From assembly GCA_043228905.1 (NCBI GenBank), contig JBHGNT010000016.1, forward strand, positions 15,624,001 to 15,688,000: a stretch of DNA of 64,000 nucleotides, in the 5' to 3' direction. Every line of letters starts with the position of its first letter. Positions within the stretch are counted from its first letter, which is position 1. The stretch comes from Azolla caroliniana (taxonomy: Eukaryota; Plantae; Polypodiophyta). Of this stretch, positions 57,128 through 64,000 are shown piece by piece. The position numbers and the translations under genes are program-made. The notes under the pieces are model-generated. The model ran no database searches, was not told the origin of the DNA, and saw only the letters and a list, made by a program, of their open reading frames with translations.

Positions 57128-60100
57128 ATGTCGTATGAAGAGGAGGCACCGGGCAGTTGTAAGCGCCCTCGTACAAGGTCAGTTACGAAGGTAGTGCAGC
57201 AAGCGTTCATTGCGCAAGAACAGCCGGAATCAAGCACAAAGTGGTCGAAACTTCCTGACTTATCCGATCAATTACCTTCAGATGAAAAACAGACGGAAGA
57301 GGTATCGTTTTACGACATTTGGGACGATATGCCTTATACTTATTCTAAGTTCCGGGAAGGAACAGATGCGGAAGCACATGTTAGGGATTTCTTAACGACA
57401 TGGGAGATTAACCATGGAGCTCAGCGATTGTCGGCAGATGTCGAAGATAAGTCAAAAATCGCTGAGTTCGTCTTATCATTAGACGGATATTCCGCTAATT
57501 GGTTTGCGCAGAACGGTCTTCAAGGATTTCCATCCTTTGAAGTGTTAACTAGTAAATTTTTACAATTATTTCATCAACAAATTCCGCAGAAGGATTTGAT
57601 TGCGCAATTTTATGCGTTATATCAAGAAAAAAATGAAACAGTATCTCAGTTTGTGATACGATTTCAGAACTTACAGCTTCAGATTTCAAGGCCGATTCCG
57701 GATAAGGAATTAAAAGAAGTCTTTCTAGAAGCTGTAAAAGAACCATTAAGGACGACATTGAAAGTGTTCGATTTTCAAAATCAGACTATCGAACAAGTCA
57801 TTGATAAAGCAATAGAAATGGGTCGACCACCGGTCAATGTTCAAAGTATGGACATGTCGGCATTACACCGTTCATTACCAACAATAGAGGAGTTACAATT
57901 TCGACAAGCAATTCAATGCACCACTTGTTTAAATACGGGGCATTCGGCAATTGACTGTACGTTAAGAACACATTGTACAATATGTCATTCAAAATTACAT
58001 TCCGTAGAACAATGTGAATATAATCTGCTTAATAAGACTACGGCGTCAGTACGACAAATTTTTACTAACAATGGTTACCAAAATAACACTAATCTGTTCA
58101 ATGGTTATCAAAATAATAATTTTTCCCAAAATCAGCAAAATGTACAACAGAATCCGGTTCTACAGCCAAATCAGATCTTTTCACAACAAAATATGCAACC
58201 CACTCAAGTGAGTCAAGCATTTCAACCAGGTTTTGCTCAATCCAACCCACCATTCGTACAGAATCCGAATCAATATTTTCAACAAAATAATCAAAGTTTC
58301 CAACAAGGTAACCCACCATTTCAAGGGTTTCAACAGAACTGTCCGATGTGCAACCGAATTCTACATTTCAACCAAATCCGGCATTTCAACCGGGTAATAT
58401 GACTTTTCAACATAATACTCAAACCGTTCCACAAAATAATCAAATGTTTCAACAGAGTAATTTTCCGCCAAATCAGGAGTTCGGGATACCACACAATATA
58501 GCACAACCAAATGATAATACTGAACAATTTAGGCAGAATCAGTATAAAAACAAGAGATTTTACAAACCAAAAGCTACACGTCAATACCAACAAAACCCGA
58601 ATGGTAATGAAGAGCAGCAATTTAATAACGGGCAATTTGCACATGGAGAGACCAGTGCAACATTTGTGCCCACTTGTTACATTTGTCGACAACTAGGCCA
58701 TTATGCTAATCAATGTCCGGTTAAAGGAAAGGGTCCAGCAGTTAATATGGTAATACCGGAAGTTCAGCAAGTAACGACACGCAACAAAAGCAAACAATCA
58801 GAGTGGGAAATTAAGGAAGAAGTTCGGAAGGCGGCAAAAGAATGGGTGGACGAAGCAAATCAAAGTAATGTGAATCGAATGTTACAAGACAATAACATTG
58901 ACCAGAACATCGTTGTACAACAGTCATTGGGGAATAAGGAACAGGAAGAAACTTGGAAACTGTTGGCTGATTGCCAAGTGTCATTGCCACTTACGGGCTT
59001 ACTTAAGTTAGTACCAAGGTTTACAGAAAAAGTGGCAGCATTAATTGCATATAAAGGTTCCGAACAAATAGCAGTACACTACAATCAGCCAAGTAATAAC
59101 CCTTCGATCATGGATGAACAGAATCCGTCGATTAAGGTAATACTTTACGGGCAAGAAATCGGAAATGTGATTATAGATGGAGGCTCGGGTGTTAATGTGA
59201 TTCACAAAACTACATGTGAAAAACTGGGAATCACAGAATGGGAAGCATGTCCGTTTTGGTTACGAATGGCAGATACAAGTACGGTACGACCGATTGGTTT
59301 GCTTCGACAACTGGATGTAATAATCGGGGGACACAGTTTTCAGATTTCGGCAGTAATTTTGCAGTTAGAAACACAGGGAGCATACCCCTTGTTATTGGGG
59401 AGACCATGGTTAAAGACAGCTAATATTAAACAAAATTGGAAACAAAATGTGCTAACATTTAGGAAAGGAAAAAATAAGGTCAGGATTCCGACGCACAACA
59501 AAGTGACAACAAGCAAACAGAGTTTACCTGTACATGCAGAAGCAGTTAATATGATGGAAAGATTGGACGACGAAGAAGAAAGTCAGTATTTTGATGATAA
59601 TCAAAAAATCATCCCTCTATTTGAGGTAGATATTTTGCAAGCATTAACACCATATGTAGACTCACACGAAGAAGTGCCAATCGATGAGCAAACAATGAAA
59701 GAAATACGAATGCAACAAGAAGCTACAGATAAGGAAATGAAGGTATCTCAGAGAGTGCAAGCCTCAGCATTGGAGGAGATCGATTTGGCAGGAGTAGAGG
59801 ATGCTGAAAGAAAAACAGTCTTGATTGCTAGAGATTTGACGGTAAATGACAAACGGACATTAACAACATTACTATTACAATATAAAGATGTTTTTGCATG
59901 GTCGTTTGACGATATGAAAGGTCTGGATCCCGCTTTTTGTCAACATCAAATCAATTTGCATAAAGATGCAAAGCCAGTACAACAACGCAGGTACAGGTTG
60001 AATCCGAATTATGCTATCAAAGTAAAAGAAGAAATCGATAAACTCTTAAAAGTAGGATTTATTCGACCCGTCAAAAAATCAACATGGCTGAGTCCGATAG

Positions 60101-62619
60101 TAGTAGTCCCGAAAAAGAATGGGAAAATTCGCGTATGTGTGGAGTACAGAAAATTGAATGCAGCGACAATTACGGATGCGTTTCCGTTGCCATTCACAGA
60201 TGGGATATTAGATGCAGTAGCGGGACATGAAATTTATAGTTTCTTGGATGGGTTCAGTGGGTACAACCAAGTACGGATGAATCCGGAAGATCAGGAAAAG
60301 ACAGCTTTCGTCACGGAATGGGGTGTCTTTGTGGCAGTAGTCATGATGTTCGGTTTAAAAACAGCTCCAGCTACATTTCAGCGGGTAATACAGGAAATAT
60401 TCGGGGAATATATTCCAGCTTTCATGCAGGTGTTTTTAGATGATTTTGCAGTATATAGTCGGAAAGCTGATCATTTTGAGCATTTACGGCTATGTTTAGA
60501 AAAATGTCGAAAAGGGCGTCTTAGTTTAAATCCAGCCAAATGCGCATTCGGAGTAATGAGTGGTACATTACCTGGACATATTGTCAGTCAAGAAGGGATT
60601 GCAGTGGACCCAGACAAAGTTAAAGCAATTATTGAGGCAACACCACCAACAAATGCTAAAGCTCTAAGTAGATTTTTGGGTCAAATTCGGTGGCATAGTA
60701 GAATGATGAGATATCTAGCAGACATTGCTATTCCATTACACACAGCAGTACACAAAGTTCCTTTTATATGGACAAGTATAGAACAAGATGCATACGAATG
60801 TCTCAAGAAGATGCTGACGAAGGTTCCGGTAGTTCAACCACCGGACTGGAACAAACCATTTCATGTTTTCGTCGATGCGTCGGACATTGCCATAGGCAGT
60901 GCTTTAATGCAATTATCCGAACCAAACTGGTATAGGCCGGTATACTATGCCAGTAGAAAACTTTCGTCGGCCGAAAGAAACTATTCAACAACCGAAAGAG
61001 AAGCTTTGGGAATGATATATAGTGTGAACAAATTTCGACATTACCTTTTGGGTAAGAAATTTACATTTCATGTGGATCATTCGGCTTTACTGTATCTAGT
61101 TTCCAAACAAGAATTGACAGGCAAGTTAGCCCGATGGACGTTATTGCTTCAAGAGTTTGAATTCGACATTATACATCGACCAGGAGCACAGCACGCGATT
61201 GCTGACTATCTCAGTCGGCTTGAGTCTGGAGAAGAAGCGGTTGGGGTTAAAGATGATTTTCCAGATACTCAATTATTTCGGGTTGAGGCAGTAAAAGCAC
61301 ATGAAGTAAATGAGGAAAAAGAGGATGAATGGATTTCCGAAATGACGATATTTCTATCAACAGGAATTCCGGCCGAACACATGTCGACAGATGAAAGAAA
61401 AAGAATTGCAGTACGAAGTCGGAATTTTTGTTTATTTAATGACATGTTGTATCATAAAGGAGCGGATGGAATATGGCGAAGGGCAGTACGAAAATTTGAA
61501 AAATCAGCCATATTAACAGAGTCACATTGTGGAATTGCTGGCGGTCATTACGCAGGAGAAGCAACAGCTAGAAAAATATGGAATAGCGGGTTATGGTGGC
61601 CAACGGTGATGAAAGATGCTAGCGAATACTGTAAGAAATGCGATTTGTGTCAAAGAATGGGGCAACCAACCGAAAAGGATCGAACGCCTTTTCAACCGGT
61701 TTTACCTCTTGAGCCATTTCAGAAATGGGGCTTAGATTTTGTTGGCCCATTCAAACCAGCAGCTGCAAGAACCGGAAATCGATATATCATAATTGCGACT
61801 GACTATTGCACAAAATGGGTTGAAGCAAAAGCTCTCAGGGACAATACAGCAGCATCCACAGCAAAATTCCTGTATGAGAATATATGGTGTCGATTCGGTT
61901 GCCCAATAGAATTGGTAAGCGATCAAGGCACTCATTTTATTAACAAGTTAATTAACGAATTAACCAATTACTATGCCGTAGTTCATAAGAAAAGTACGCC
62001 TTACTATCCCCAAGCTAATGGATTGGCAGAATCGACAAATAAAACAATTCAAACAATTTTAAAGAAGATAGTGAATGAAAATCGTACTGATTGGGATCAA
62101 AAGTTAAATAGTGCATTATGGGCATATCGTACTTCGTACAAAACATCCATTAAATCAACACCTTTCCGAATGGCATTCGGACTCGAAGCCGTTATGCCGA
62201 TCGAATTTCAAATTCCGACACTTCGTATCCAAGCAAGGAATAAGTTAAATGAAATAGAATCGGAGCAGATACGCAAAGAGGCTTTATTAGTATTAGAAGA
62301 AGAACGGATTCAATCAATGTCAGCACTAGAACACAAGCAGAGACAAATCAAGGCATTCGTAAATCGACATCGAAGGAAATCGGAAGAGCAATTCGAAATT
62401 GGGAAACCGGTATTGGTATTCCAGACGAGAATGGGACTTATGCCTGGGAAACTCCGGTATAGATGGACAGGTCCAGTATGGATAATTAATAGTAAAAATG
62501 GTACGTACCAGCTGGGATCATTAATCGGAGAGGTTTTACCGAAATGGGTAAATGGATTTCGGCTTAAACCGTATTTGGGAGATATGCCGGTAAATCCGTT
62601 TATTCAAACGGAAGAGTAA
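57128..62619 (+). CDS. Gag-Pol nearly intact (single 1-bp frameshift near 58347)
   Basis: 424-aa gag and 1423-aa pol ORFs in PR-RT-RH-INT order; no archaeal-type RNase H and no chromodomain seen. Confidence 0.92.
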
Positions 62620-62870
62620 AAATAAAAAAATTAAAATTAAAATTAAAAAAAGAATATATAAAAAAAAATAAAAAAAAATAAAAAAAAAACTAACTAACTC
62701 ACTCAATAGTTCTTGTCAAATGCAGAAATACAATCTTGCCATAACAGTATGAATCGACTATAAATAGAAAGAGGAATTGCATGATTATTAGTAAGGAGTA
62801 CAACCACTACACGTAGAGTGAATACTAATTAATTCCTACATTAATAGCAATTACTATTCTTTAAGTCATC

Positions 62871-64000
62871 ATGCATAAGTTAATATCTTTAAAGCATATT
62901 TCTGTATTGTCTGTGTCACCAAAACAACAGAAACGAGTACAGATATCGAAACAGTCTGAGCCTCCTTCGTGCCCTAGTTCACCCAAACTCTGTTTTTTTG
63001 ATTTTCATCACTACAGAAACTGTGCAGATCTGCAACTGTCATCGACAAGTGATTCAGAACAAAGAAACACAGAAGTCATGCCGATTCCTGTATCTGAAGA
63101 ACTGCGATTGTGGCTTCATGAGAGAAACTTACAAGGTTTCATCAAAGTAGCAGAAGCGGAACCTCATCCGCAGGCGGAAGAATTGGTACAACAAATAGAC
63201 ATCACCAAAATCACCACAAAGAAAATACGAAATGCATTACAGATGCCAAGAGGAGGCTTTGAGGCAGTTAAAAAACCTTCATCAGAAGCACTCCAATCGT
63301 ATTTCGGGGAATACTCACCCTCGGCAAAAGCATATCAGACTTATAGAGGTCGGGATGAGTTTTTTCATGAAGTGGCTAGATTTTTATTAGAGGTGGGATT
63401 TGTCAGTCCTCGTTTTTATTGTATGCCGAAAAAAAGGGCTGGGTTTATCATAGCCGCATATGAAAAAGAGGATTTCAACTGGCCACTATTGTCGGGGGAA
63501 GCTCTGAGAGAGCAGCTACAAGGGGTAAAAACAGGAAAACCGATGAAGCAAATTTTTGGTCGTTGGTTATCGGTATTGTTTCCGATTCAAGAATCGGAAA
63601 CTCTTGTTCAGTCAAGAAGACCACCGATAGTACAAGCACCACGAAGACACCGACAGGTAGTACATGAAGAATGGATAGAAGAAGAATCGGCACATGCCGA
63701 TAATATACAAACGAATATGCCTCAGTCGGAACCACCAAGACCAGAGAATTCCGAAAACAGGCAACCAGCAGCCGAACAAGAAACAATTGACAATTTGATA
63801 AACAAGCAACAGCCGACAGAAAATCGACAACAAGCAGAGAAGATGCAACAAAGGACAAGGGTTAAACAAAAGGCTAATCGGCAATTCCAACCAGAAAACA
63901 GTGACGGATCAGCACCGAAAAGGCAACGCACAAATGAAAATTCGAATACGCCTGTGGTAACAGAAGTACTAAAACCAGGGAATGAGAGCGTTTCGACACA
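62871..64000 (+). CDS. ORF3 of the second copy, open to the window edge (second ATG at 63078)
   Basis: Manual translation MHKLISLK...MPIPVSEELRLWLHERNLQGF...DFNWPLLSGEALREQL... shows no stop; absent from the track because it has no stop codon in the window. Confidence 0.8.
   Translation, partial: MHKLISLKHISVLSVSPKQQKRVQISKQSEPPSCPSSPKLCFFDFHHYRNCADLQLSSTSDSEQRNTEVMPIPVSEELRLWLHERNLQGFIKVAEAEPHPQAEELVQQIDITKITTKKIRNALQMPRGGFEAVKKPSSEALQSYFGEYSPSAKAYQTYRGRDEFFHEVARFLLEVGFVSPRFYCMPKKRAGFIIAAYEKEDFNWPLLSGEALREQLQGVKTGKPMKQIFGRWLSVLFPIQESETLVQSRRPPIVQAPRRHRQVVHEEWIEEESAHADNIQTNMPQSEPPRPENSENRQPAAEQETIDNLINKQQPTENRQQAEKMQQRTRVKQKANRQFQPENSDGSAPKRQRTNENSNTPVVTEVLKPGNESVST

Larger units (their letters stand above)
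56612..64000 (+). mobile_element. Second copy of the ORF3-bearing gypsy family; 5' LTR 56612-57068, PBS 57080-57092; runs off the window
   Basis: Reverse-complement homologue of 38003-46913, inserted in the Tcn1-like integrase. Confidence 0.95.

Noticed and set aside
58330-58402. Programmed gag-pol ribosomal frameshift
   Set aside because: The sister copy is in frame here and has its own 1-bp loss elsewhere (~45830); the ancestor had a single ORF.

Overview
Eukaryotic land-plant genomic DNA, probably from a non-seed plant such as a fern or lycophyte (inferred from the retroelement lineages). About 90% of the window is nested retrotransposons. The one host gene is a two-exon G-type (bulb) lectin S-domain receptor-like kinase (11306-14542, -; non-RD, SD2-like). 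Left of it are nested Ty1/copia elements inserted into an L1-type LINE. Right of it is a five-level nest: copia, then a fungal/Ylt1-like gypsy, then a self-priming Tcn1/Tf1-like gypsy, then a gag-only LTR element, which holds an intact young copia and a non-chromovirus gypsy with a third ORF. Three observations stand out. (1) The 38003-46913 gypsy has no polypurine tract; in its place, 2 nt before the 3' LTR, is a copy of the T-arm/acceptor/CCA end of what appears to be its own primer tRNA, suggesting tRNA-primed plus-strand synthesis. (2) An endonuclease-less Penelope-like retroelement with a minimal hammerhead ribozyme is inserted interstitially with a ~20-bp target deletion. (3) tRNA-like A/B-box modules sit antisense in the U3 of unrelated LTRs. 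All family assignments come from manual motif reading; no database searches were run.
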